Below are positions 29,093 to 38,800 of a DNA stretch of 64,000 bases, piece after piece. The position numbers and the translations under genes were made by a program. The DNA lies in contig JAUWOU010000002.1 of the NCBI GenBank assembly GCA_030612005.1, forward strand, positions 915 through 64,914, in the 5' to 3' direction. Position 1 is the first letter of the stretch, and each line of letters starts with the position of its first letter. Below the pieces are notes generated by a model. It was not told where the DNA came from. It worked only from the letters and a program-made list of their open reading frames with translations, and made no database searches. Origin of the DNA: Candidatus Thorarchaeota archaeon. Its GTDB lineage: Archaea > Asgardarchaeota > Thorarchaeia > Thorarchaeales > Thorarchaeaceae.

Positions 29093-29295
29093 TGGGAACG
29101 ACTTCCCGCCAGACTAATCCTCTTCCTCTTCACCATATACCATGTATCCCATTGTGAGTAGGAGAGCAATAATACCCATTGCAGCTAGCATGATGAATAG
29201 GATTGAAGTGAAAGTTTCGAGAGTCTGCATTGGAATCTTGTGTCTGCGGATTTAGTCCGCTTATAATCATTGCTGAATATTAACAGCTGTACTGG

Positions 29296-29547
29296 TTATG
29301 CTTCAACACTTCGTTGTTCATAGAACTTGTCTATGAATGATCCATAGATATCCACAGGCTCAGTCAAAGGATTTACATCATCAATTGTCATTTCTATAGT
29401 GCATGAACCACACTTTACAGTCGCCATTCCATTGTCCCTATAAATTTGGATCTTGATGGCAGTATTTCCACAATCCGGACATGGATATACGTCTGGAATG
29501 CGTTTCTGTGGTCGCCGACGTACTTTTTGTCTTCGTCTTCTTCCCAT
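29296..29547 (-). CDS. Elf1-like transcription elongation factor (zinc-ribbon)
   Basis: Basic N-terminus MGRRRRQKVRRRPQKR, C-x2-C...C-x2-C zinc ribbon, and LTEPVDIYGSFIDKFYE. These match the Elf1 family pattern (LTEPVDIYSDWIDACE). Confidence 0.7.
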   Translation of the reverse strand: MGRRRRQKVRRRPQKRIPDVYPCPDCGNTAIKIQIYRDNGMATVKCGSCTIEMTIDDVNPLTEPVDIYGSFIDKFYEQRSVEA

Positions 29548-29646
29548 GATGCTTCACCTATACCTATTTCACACCTAACAGAACATAAGCCCCGAAAGAA
29601 ATGAGCAAGTCCTGCGGCTCAGGTGTTAATTTAAGCATTTGGTTAA

Positions 29647-29940
29647 GTGACAGAATCACTCCATTACGAAGCTTTCTTATTGTCGGATGTGTCGCCTCGA
29701 TTAGCGATGTCCGACCTCTCAAAAAACTCTCAGTGTGTACTCAAGGTTCTTGAAACTGCAGACTCCCTAACAACAACCGAGATCCTTGAGATTGCCCGTA
29801 AAAAGAAGTATGCCGACATATGCACAGACTGTGCTGGTGGCGATGCTTTCGTAGCTGCTGCCAACCAACTCGTTGAGATGGGTCTTGTCACTAAGAAGTT
29901 TGGCAAGGGAGGCTATCGGTGGCATTTGGTAAAAGGTTGA
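29647..29940 (+). CDS. Small hypothetical protein, possible winged-helix
   Basis: 97 aa. VLKVLETADSLTTTEILEIARKK resembles a wHTH helix. Weak evidence. Confidence 0.3.
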   Translation: MTESLHYEAFLLSDVSPRLAMSDLSKNSQCVLKVLETADSLTTTEILEIARKKKYADICTDCAGGDAFVAAANQLVEMGLVTKKFGKGGYRWHLVKG

Positions 29941-31187
29941 TTTACATGGTTGACTGGACTAAAATCAGGAAAGACTTCCCAGCCCTTGAACGTAGAATTA
30001 ACGGTCATCCAGTAGTGTATCTGGATAGTGCATGCATGGCACTCAAGCCTAGACAGGTCATCGATGCTATGAATGAATACTATGAGATGTATCCCGCTTG
30101 TGCTGGAAGGAGTATCCATAGATTTGGTGAGGAGGCTTCTAACGCATATTCTGCAGCTCGAGGTAAATTTGCCAAGTTCTTGAATGCTGCCCAAGAAGAA
30201 GAATGCATCTGGACTAGAAATGCTACAGAATCTCTCAATATTGTTGCAAGCTCAGTTAAACTGCCAAAAGGTTCCAAAATCATCACAACGTCTCTTGAGC
30301 ATCATAGTGGTTCTCTTCCATTCGTTGAGAGAGCAAAAAGAGACGGTCTAGAGATTGAGATAGTCAAAGCTCAGATGGATGGAACTTTTGATATCGAAGA
30401 CTGGAAGAGTGCAATTGACAACAATACAAGTCTAGTATCTGTTGTTCATTCTTCTAATGTCACAGGCACAATATCTTCAATGAAAGATATCGTTGAGATT
30501 GCACATGATCGAGGAGCTATAGTGATGTGTGATGACGCTCAGTATGCCCCTCATCACCCACTTGATGTTCAAGAAATGGATGTAGATTTTTCATGTATTT
30601 CAGTCCATAAAATGTGTGGACCCACTGGAATGGGCGTACTCTATGGAAAGATGGAACATCTCGAATCAATGAACATGGCTCTATATGGTGGGGACACGGT
30701 TAGTGATGTTAAATTTGAGAATGGACAGATACTTCCTGAATATCTTCCGCCTCCTGAGAAATTTGAGGCGGGTCTGCAGAATTATGCTGGTGCAATAGGT
30801 GCAGGAGCTGCAGCTGAATATCTTCAAGCAATTGGAATGCATGAGATTGAGAAACATGAACGTTCTCTCCTCAAAGTTGCGCTGAAAAGACTGCTTGATA
30901 TGGAACATGTACACATCCTTGGAACAGATAACATCAACATCAAAACTGGTCTAGTAACTTTTAGTGTTGATACTGTCCCTTCAGCACATGATGTGGCAAC
31001 ATTCCTCAATGATGAATTCAATGTTATGGTTCGCAGCGGTGCTCATTGCGTACATCCATTTCATCATCAGTTGGGTATTCCAGTAGAAAGAGGAACTGCC
31101 CGTGCAAGTTTCTATCTGTACAACAATATGGAAGATGTCAAAACATTTCTTGATGGTCTAGAAACACTTCTTGAAGCAAGTAGTTAG
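29919..31187 (+). CDS. Cysteine desulfurase (class V aminotransferase, SufS/CsdA-like)
   Basis: HHSGSLPF, VVHSSNVTG, the PLP-lysine region SVHKMCGPTGMGVLYG, and C-terminal RSGAHCVHPF (catalytic Cys). Confidence 0.85.
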   Translation: MAFGKRLIYMVDWTKIRKDFPALERRINGHPVVYLDSACMALKPRQVIDAMNEYYEMYPACAGRSIHRFGEEASNAYSAARGKFAKFLNAAQEEECIWTRNATESLNIVASSVKLPKGSKIITTSLEHHSGSLPFVERAKRDGLEIEIVKAQMDGTFDIEDWKSAIDNNTSLVSVVHSSNVTGTISSMKDIVEIAHDRGAIVMCDDAQYAPHHPLDVQEMDVDFSCISVHKMCGPTGMGVLYGKMEHLESMNMALYGGDTVSDVKFENGQILPEYLPPPEKFEAGLQNYAGAIGAGAAAEYLQAIGMHEIEKHERSLLKVALKRLLDMEHVHILGTDNINIKTGLVTFSVDTVPSAHDVATFLNDEFNVMVRSGAHCVHPFHHQLGIPVERGTARASFYLYNNMEDVKTFLDGLETLLEASS

Positions 31188-31192
31188 GTTTC

Positions 31193-33202
31193 TTATTTAA
31201 ACCTACTAGGAAGATGCCGTTCAAAAAGTCCCCACTTGATGGCTTTATTCACACTTCTCATCTTCCTTTTATGATCCGGAGGTGCAATCTTGACCCAAAT
31301 AGCCGCATCTCTGTTCCTGCTAGTAGTACATGACCAAAGTAGTGATATTTTTCCAGTTTCAGGATACAAAACCACTCTATCCCAGCGTCTTGTAATACTG
31401 ATAGCGAAATGCTCGACAATCTTCTTTTCACTTTCAAGGAGTCTACTTTTATTCTCCTTTATCATCTTGTGAAATCGTTGAGCTTCAGTTGCAATCTCTG
31501 AATCAGAATCCATCATCAATTTATCTAATTCTCCTTTTGTTATCACGATTTGTTTAGTTGGTTCTTCTTTGATAGAATAAGGATTCTTGAAATCTGTCGT
31601 TTTTCTTTTACCATGTTCAATGATAAATTGTTGTTCAGAATTCCCAATCCGCGATTCCAAACCGTATTTTTCCATTTTCCCACTATACAAGGTAACGGCA
31701 CGACTCCATTTAAACCTCCAACCACCTCCTTTGAACGAGAAGCTCCCATCTTCTGCAATCAACTGGCTTAGGTACTCTTGTTTGACTCTATTAGTTCCAT
31801 CTTTGATTACCTTGGGGAGGTCTGAATTGAGGATGCTTTTGTCACCAATAGGCATTCCCCATACCGCTAACATTCGACCGAATACAGCAGGTAATCCAAT
31901 AACATGGCCATCTTTTCTTTTAGATTCCCAATATTGAATTTCACCAAGCTGGCTAATTATTTCCTTGAATCTTCTAAGACGGACTTGGTCTTTCTCGTAA
32001 TAATGAGCCGACATTTTTGGTCTAAGATGTCCATCACTCATCATCGCACCAATTAATTGAGCTCTGATTATCTCTATATCTAATGGAAACTCTGGGTTCT
32101 CAATATTGCCTCTCCCACGTTTTGCACCAAAGCCCGAAATGTGTTTGATAGATTGAACATCTTGAATGTCCTTTCCGACCACATCTAGAATAAATCCAAG
32201 TGTTTCTCCTGTTAGATAATTACTTGATTTTCTGAGTTCATTTCTATCAGATCCTTGAGTGACGTTTCTAGTTTCTTCCGCAAATTGATTCAGTAATCTT
32301 CCAAAATCTCGACGACTAATACCTCCAAGATGAAGAAGAGCATTTTCAACAATTCTATTCTTTGCTTCAGAAGATTCGAAATGAAAATGATCGACAGCGT
32401 GTATATCTGTCCAACTATTAATACCTGGCACGCATCTATGGACATAAAGTGTATCATTTACTATTCCAATTCTCAGGCTATTAGTATCTAATTTGTTTTT
32501 GACCTCTCCCTGATTTCGCGTAATGTAATCAGATACACCCCTATACCATTGTGTTCCAAGAGTGGAGTATGGTCTCAAATTCGTATAATAGAATCGGATA
32601 TTTTGTGGCACTTGTTCGTCTAAACCAATTATCATTGATGCTACTTGTTGAAAATCCAATAGTTCGAATCTGAATTTCTTGAATGAATGATATACAAGAG
32701 AACAATCTATACAATGTTCTTGTGCCTCACATGGCACTTCCCGTTCACAATCAATCCTATCAGCCTCAAGTTTCTCAAGTATCCTTAGACCAAAAGGCCT
32801 TACTTCTCTGTAAGACCAATCATTAAACGATGAGTCAGGAATCCCATAATGTACCGCTAACTCCTTTCTTTGTACTCCCTCTGGAATTTTCCCCGTCTTC
32901 TTATCATCCTTCATTCTGAAATATCCAGCAATCTCTCGCAATTCCTTCTTTGCATCCATCCTTTCCATGAAAGAAGGATTTCTTTGTAAAACCTCTTGGA
33001 ATTCATCATAGGTTTCAATTCTCGAATTGAGGTTTCTCTCTCGTGCATTAATTTTTCCTATATTCTCTCCTTCCAGTGAAGGCTTAATCTTAGATAATTT
33101 GTCGTGATATTCTCTGATTATTTCATCTCTTTCTTCAGGAGTTAATCGTCTACCCTTTTTCTCTGAATCTTCGGATAAATCGTATTCTCGAGTTTCTCTC
33201 AA
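31193..33202 (-). CDS. Free-standing LAGLIDADG-type homing-endonuclease-like protein with two LAGLIDADG-like motifs and a long N-terminal extension
   Basis: AQLIGAMMSDGHL and YLSQLIAEDGSF resemble paired LAGLIDADG motifs. No intein splice-junction context. The N-terminal 55 aa are paralogous to the N-terminus of the 15309..16733 protein. Confidence 0.55.
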   Translation of the reverse strand: MRETREYDLSEDSEKKGRRLTPEERDEIIREYHDKLSKIKPSLEGENIGKINARERNLNSRIETYDEFQEVLQRNPSFMERMDAKKELREIAGYFRMKDDKKTGKIPEGVQRKELAVHYGIPDSSFNDWSYREVRPFGLRILEKLEADRIDCEREVPCEAQEHCIDCSLVYHSFKKFRFELLDFQQVASMIIGLDEQVPQNIRFYYTNLRPYSTLGTQWYRGVSDYITRNQGEVKNKLDTNSLRIGIVNDTLYVHRCVPGINSWTDIHAVDHFHFESSEAKNRIVENALLHLGGISRRDFGRLLNQFAEETRNVTQGSDRNELRKSSNYLTGETLGFILDVVGKDIQDVQSIKHISGFGAKRGRGNIENPEFPLDIEIIRAQLIGAMMSDGHLRPKMSAHYYEKDQVRLRRFKEIISQLGEIQYWESKRKDGHVIGLPAVFGRMLAVWGMPIGDKSILNSDLPKVIKDGTNRVKQEYLSQLIAEDGSFSFKGGGWRFKWSRAVTLYSGKMEKYGLESRIGNSEQQFIIEHGKRKTTDFKNPYSIKEEPTKQIVITKGELDKLMMDSDSEIATEAQRFHKMIKENKSRLLESEKKIVEHFAISITRRWDRVVLYPETGKISLLWSCTTSRNRDAAIWVKIAPPDHKRKMRSVNKAIKWGLFERHLPSRFK

Positions 33203-33342
33203 TTCTTTTCCTTCCCAAGGATATCAAGTCACATTTGGAACTCTTGTGTATCGGTCATCAAATCATCATTATATTCTTACTATATATTCACCTTGATAAT
33301 CCACACGTAATTTTCTATTCGATTGAAAAATATCTTGGAATA

Positions 33343-33480
33343 GTTATTCCATTTCACTATCAGATGGGAATTGATCCAAAGAAAGGCACAGCCCGTGCAA
33401 GTTTCTATCTCTATAATAACATGGATGATGTCAAAGCATTTCTTGATGGTCTAGAAACACTCATTGAAGCAAGTGCCTGA
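33343..33480 (+). pseudogene. Displaced, diverged copy of the 3' end of the cysteine desulfurase gene (last ~40 codons)
   Basis: ...PFHYQMGIDPKKGTARASFYLYNNMDDVKAFLDGLETLIEASA versus the sufS C-terminus PFHHQLGIPVERGTARASFYLYNNMEDVKTFLDGLETLLEASS. Estimated at about 85-90% nucleotide identity over about 100 bp (hand alignment). Upstream of 33343 the ORF has no sufS similarity. Confidence 0.7.
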
Positions 33481-33533
33481 AGTAACTAAAGTCTGCTCCT
33501 TTCTTTAGGTGCAGGCTCTATTTTGTTCTCGAT

Positions 33534-35717
33534 TTAGTTTGTTTCCTTCTGAATTACTTCTTTTAGACGTTTAATCTCTTGAAGAGGATCTGCAAACTCA
33601 AAACCATTTGAAGATATTTCGATAGAATCTCCAAACTTCTTGATTCGTCCATACATTGCAATGTATCTACCGCGTATCTTGTCAGAGGTTGCTTGAATAG
33701 GTTCGTCCTCTTTGCCTGATTTGGCAATCAGTTTTTGAGCCTCCTCAGCGGTCATTCCTAGAAGTTTTTCACCAACAATACCGAACAAAGTTGCTCTTAT
33801 CGAACCTGAACCATCATCGATTGTAATCTTGTAGAGCATTCGTGGTTCTGGTTTTTCCACTTTTCCACATGATTTACAACTATACCCGTCATCAACAGCC
33901 TCAAGTTTTTTGTTGCATGTTGGGCACGCTTCGTAGAATACCCGATTCTGTCCCATGTCAACTATTATTCCGCAGACTTCGACGTTCTTACCTTCACTAG
34001 CTTCATCAATTTCACCAATAAGAACCCTTGACGCCTTAGTTGCTACAGTTTCAAAGGCAACATCTGATAGATCTAGTTGCTTAAGATCAGAATCCTCTGG
34101 ATTCAGTAAAATCTCTCCCTTACGACCTACTTGATACTCTAATCCCCCTCTATATCCTTCTTTCACATAACCGTGGAGAATCCTAATCACGTCGCCCTCT
34201 TGAACATCAGCTACTTTTTCTACATCTTCACCCCAGAAGGTTACTCTGATTTTGCTTGTCTGGTCCGCAATTACTACATTTCTTAACTGACCTTCAGCTC
34301 CATCTTTTCTTGTGAAAGTCTTAACATCGTAAGCAGTTACTACCTTACCTTCTATATCAACATCTCTCATTTCAACGGAAAGATCTGAAATGCTTATTTT
34401 TCCAAGGGGTTCAGAGCTACCTCCAGTTCCTGATGCTGAAGATGCATTTTCAGTAATCTTTGACAAATCAAGCTGTTTCAGTTTTGACCCCTTTGGGTTC
34501 AATTCAACCTTTGAACTCCTTCCAAATTGATACTCAACTCCACCTCTGAAACCTTCTTTCACATAACCATGGAGGATTCTGATTATATCGCCTTCCTTTG
34601 CTTTTGCAATGTGTTCATTATCTTCACCCCAGAAGGTCACTCTGATATTGCTTGTCTTGTCTGCGATGACAATATTTTGTACCTGTCCTTCACCACCATC
34701 CTTTCGTGTGAAGGTATTCACATCATAGATTGTTGCAATCTTACCTTCGATATCTACATCATTCATTCCGGTTTCCAAATCTACAATATCCTTCATTCCA
34801 AGTGGTTCTGAACTGCTTGAGTATTTTGGAGTTGATTCTGCAGTGTCGATTTTGTCCTTAAGTCCCCTTTCAATAACTGTTGATTTACCTACATGAATTT
34901 CTATGTCATCCCCATCACGATTTGGACGAGTATATGCATGATTTACTCCAATGACTTCTCCAGGTTCGATTCCTTCGACTTCGTCTGCTTTATCGTCCCA
35001 AAAAACAAGGCGTGAGCTTCCAGAATTGTCTGCGACAACCATTGCGAGTACTTTTCCTTCACTACCATCCTTTTTGTTGAATGTTGAAACTCTGAACACT
35101 CTTTGTATCTCTACCTTGAGAGAAACATCATAGGTGTTTTCCTGAAGATCGCTTATTTTCATTTCATCTTTAGATGTAGCACTGAAATCAACACCAAGTT
35201 CTTCAATCTCATCATTTTCAAGTGGTTTGATTGTACCCCTCTGACCTAGATTAAGTTCAATCGTATTACCGAGTCCTGGTTTAACATATGCTCCTCGTAC
35301 CTGAATGATACTTCCAACCGATATGTGATCTTCGGATACTGCCTTGGTCATTTCATCCCAAAGTGCAACTCTGATACTACCAGTTTCATCTGAGATGAAG
35401 ATACTAGCTACCTTTCCTTCCCCACCATCTTTTCGTGCGAAAGTTCGTACTGTACCTATTCTATCGACCCTACCCACAAGTCCTGCAACATTCTTGGTTG
35501 ATTCAGTAATATCTTCTATTCTCTGGCGCGCACTTGGTGACATTTTATGCAAATCTACACCTAGTTCTCTTGCCACAATCATGGCTGCTGATTCATCATT
35601 GATGACTTCCGGACCTAGTTCATTACGTTTATCCTGAATCATTGTAAGGATATCATTTCGTTCGTGGTCCGATTTATGCTTTAGAATTAATTCAATTGTT
35701 TCTTCAAGAGTGAGCAT
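33534..35717 (-). CDS. rpa: Replication protein A (RPA) with multiple OB folds and a C4 zinc ribbon
   Basis: Three near-identical OB-fold units (…RKDGGEGKV…IRV.FWG…) plus CPTCNKKLEAVDDGYSCKSCGK. Confidence 0.8.
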   Translation of the reverse strand: MLTLEETIELILKHKSDHERNDILTMIQDKRNELGPEVINDESAAMIVARELGVDLHKMSPSARQRIEDITESTKNVAGLVGRVDRIGTVRTFARKDGGEGKVASIFISDETGSIRVALWDEMTKAVSEDHISVGSIIQVRGAYVKPGLGNTIELNLGQRGTIKPLENDEIEELGVDFSATSKDEMKISDLQENTYDVSLKVEIQRVFRVSTFNKKDGSEGKVLAMVVADNSGSSRLVFWDDKADEVEGIEPGEVIGVNHAYTRPNRDGDDIEIHVGKSTVIERGLKDKIDTAESTPKYSSSSEPLGMKDIVDLETGMNDVDIEGKIATIYDVNTFTRKDGGEGQVQNIVIADKTSNIRVTFWGEDNEHIAKAKEGDIIRILHGYVKEGFRGGVEYQFGRSSKVELNPKGSKLKQLDLSKITENASSASGTGGSSEPLGKISISDLSVEMRDVDIEGKVVTAYDVKTFTRKDGAEGQLRNVVIADQTSKIRVTFWGEDVEKVADVQEGDVIRILHGYVKEGYRGGLEYQVGRKGEILLNPEDSDLKQLDLSDVAFETVATKASRVLIGEIDEASEGKNVEVCGIIVDMGQNRVFYEACPTCNKKLEAVDDGYSCKSCGKVEKPEPRMLYKITIDDGSGSIRATLFGIVGEKLLGMTAEEAQKLIAKSGKEDEPIQATSDKIRGRYIAMYGRIKKFGDSIEISSNGFEFADPLQEIKRLKEVIQKETN

Positions 35718-35879
35718 CTATGCCACCTTCCTCCAAGTATTTGAGAGAGTCTAGTCAATTAGTGAATCTTTACTGGAGGCTTTAAAGTAATCTGCTCAAT
35801 AATGACGAGCTTGGGGATTTTTCCACTAACTGAAGCGAAACACAGAATACGGGATATGCTAGCATCAACATGACTTATT

Positions 35880-38800
35880 GTGACAGAATCGGAACATGAA
35901 CTACCTCCACACAGTATTGCATACAGTCTATATTTCGAATCACTAAACGAAGAAATTGGTAGAATCTACGCTGTTGCAGAACTAGCACGTATGAAGGGTT
36001 ATGATCCAACCACAAGAGTAGAGATTCCACCTGCACATGATGTTGCTGCAAGAGTTGAAGCTACCCTAGAAGGTCCAAAAGGTGTTGCAAAGCGTATCCG
36101 AGAGTTACAAAAAACAATGTCAAGAGAGCAAGTAGCTTTTGCAGTAGCAAAAGAAATTGCAGAAGGTACTCTAGGAGGTATAACTGATATTGAGAAAGCA
36201 GCTGAGAAGGCTGTACGAGTAGCACTAGCAATTCTAACTGAAAGTATTACAGCTGCACCCCTTGAAGGAATTGCGAGGGTCCGAATTAGAGGATCAGATG
36301 AGAATCGCTATCTTGCTCTCTACTTAGCCGGTCCAATCCGTGCTGCTGGTGGGACAGAGGCTGCAATGACGGTCTTGGTGGCTGATTACGTTCGTCAGGT
36401 ACTCGAATTACCAGCTTTCAAGTCCACAGAGGAAGAAACAGAGCGCGCATTAGAAGAAGTAGAACTCTATGCACGTAATGTGCATCTTCAATATCCTGTA
36501 CATCCTGAACTTGTCAAGTTCGCCGCAGCTAGATTGCCAATAATGCTTACCGGCGATCCAACTGAGGAGTTCGAGGTGTCAGGAAGTCGAGACCTCAATC
36601 GAATAGAAACCAATCGTGTTCGAGGAGGTGCGGTTCTTGTTCTCAATGATGGAGTAGTAGGAAGAGCTGCGAAGCTTGCTAAAATTGTAAATGAAGCAAA
36701 CATCAAAGGTTGGGACTGGCTAGATGAAGTAGCTTCAAAAATGTCTAAAGATTCAACCCAGGAAGAAGACTCTGCAGATAAGAAACTTGAACCAAAAGAT
36801 GACTATCTGGCAGATGTAATTGGAGGAAGACCTGTATTCTCACATCCTCAACGTCTGGGTGGTTTCAGGCTTAGGTATGGTCGTTCAAGAAACACAGGTC
36901 TTGCAGGTGTGGGAGTACATCCAGCAACTATGTACATTCTTGAAGAATTCTTGGCTACTGGAACTCACATTCGTACTGAACGTCCTGGGAAAGGGTCAAT
37001 AGTTGCACCGGTTGATACTATTGAAGGTCCAATTGTTCTTATGAAAGATGGTTCAGTTGTACGATTTGTAGGATTGGATGATGCTCGTGGTTTCGAAGGG
37101 AAGATTGAGCAGATACTATTTGTTGGTGATATTCTTGTTGCATTGGGGGAGTTTATTGAGAATAACCATCCTTTGGTCCCCTCAGGATATTGTGAGGAAT
37201 GGTGGTCACATGATTTAGAACATGCAATTTCAAAATTATCCGCTACACAACTCACTAGTAGATTAAAAGGGTCTGACCTGACCCCTCAAACCTTCAATGC
37301 GATAATAGAATCTCCTCTAACTATTATTCCAACCCCTGCTCAAGCAGTTCATCTCTCGAAAAAATTGAATATCCCCCTCCATCCATACTATCTCTACAGA
37401 TGGGCTGCACTATCAATAGACGAAGTTCGGAATCTGCGGGAATGGATACTAACCAAACATAGAATCAGTAAGAAAGATGATGGACATATTGTACTTCCAT
37501 TTGTTAGAAAGTACAAAACTATGTTAGAAAATATGGGAATCCCTCACAAATTTTCGGAAAATCGTAAGAAACTAATTCTGACAGATGATCCAATAACGAT
37601 TCTAGTTCAGCTAGGTCCTGATACAAAATCACCCAAAGGAAAAAACACACTTGAGATGTTGAATTCAGTATCAGATGTTACCCTTCGAGATAAGGTTGGT
37701 TTTGCAATCGGCGCCAGGATGGGTCGTCCTGAGAAAGCACAAGAGCGTAGAATGAAACCTCCTGTGCAATCATTATTTCCTGTAGGCCGGTCGAAGGGGT
37801 CTGAAAGAAGAATTGATGAGGTTGCCAAGAGTGTCCAATATGTTTCTACACTTGACTCGTTTGATGAGAACAATGATATCGATACAAAGATACCTGAAGT
37901 TTCTGGAGTTAAATTAGAGCTTGTGGCTCGTAAATGCCCAAAATGTGAGTTAAAAACTTTCGAATCAAGGTGTCCTAAGTGTCGTACTCACACAGAAATC
38001 GAACTTTGGTGTGGAGAAGAAGGCTGTGGACGTGCAATTGATCCTGTTAAAGGGATGTGTCCAGTCAACCATAATCCCAATATGATCCGAAAGACACGAA
38101 TGGTTCCTGTTGATTTGAAAGCCCTTCTTGAACGAGTGAAAGAAGAGGTAGGGGAATTTGAAACACATGGTGTTCGTGGAGTTCTTGGGTTAACAAGCGA
38201 ATACAAAATTCCAGAATATCTTGGTAAAGGAATTCTCAGAGCAAAGCATGATGTATACTGTTATCGAGATGGTACTGCGCGTTTTGATGCAACAGATGCT
38301 CCACTTACCCATTTTACTCCAAAGGAAATTGGAGTACCAGTCAGTAGGCTTAGAGAGCTTGGATATTTAATAGATTATGATGGGGCTCCATTGGTATCCG
38401 AAGATCAAGTTGTAGAACTCAAAGTTCAGGATGTTGTCATTCCTGAGAATTGTGCCGATTACCTCCTCAGAGTTGGTAGATTTGTTGATGATTGTTTAGA
38501 GAAGATGTACAATCTTCCTAGGTACTACAACTTCAATTCTCAAGAGGATGTCATAGGTCAGCTTGTCATTGGTCTTGCTCCCCACACCTCTGCAGGTATA
38601 ATCGGAAGATTGGTTGGTTTCACCAATGCAAGTGTATGTTACGCTCATCCGTATTGGCACGCAGCCAAACGACGTAACTGCGATGGGGACGAAGACGCAC
38701 TCATTCTGGTTCTTGATGCACTGTTGAATTTCTCAAAAAGTTATCTTCCTGCAGGTCGAGGAGGTCTAATGGATGCTCCTCTTGTTCTCTCAGTTATTCT

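Noticed and set aside
31193-33202. The LAGLIDADG-like ORF as an intein
   Set aside because: It is a free-standing ORF on the opposite strand from the neighbouring genes. It has no in-frame host extein and no intein splice-junction residues at the ends.
33235-33342. N-terminal part of the 81-aa ORF 33235..33480 as a real small gene
   Set aside because: Only the last ~45 codons resemble sufS. The first 35 codons are unrelated low-complexity sequence (IIIIFLLYIHL). I interpret the ORF as a chance open frame across a gene remnant.
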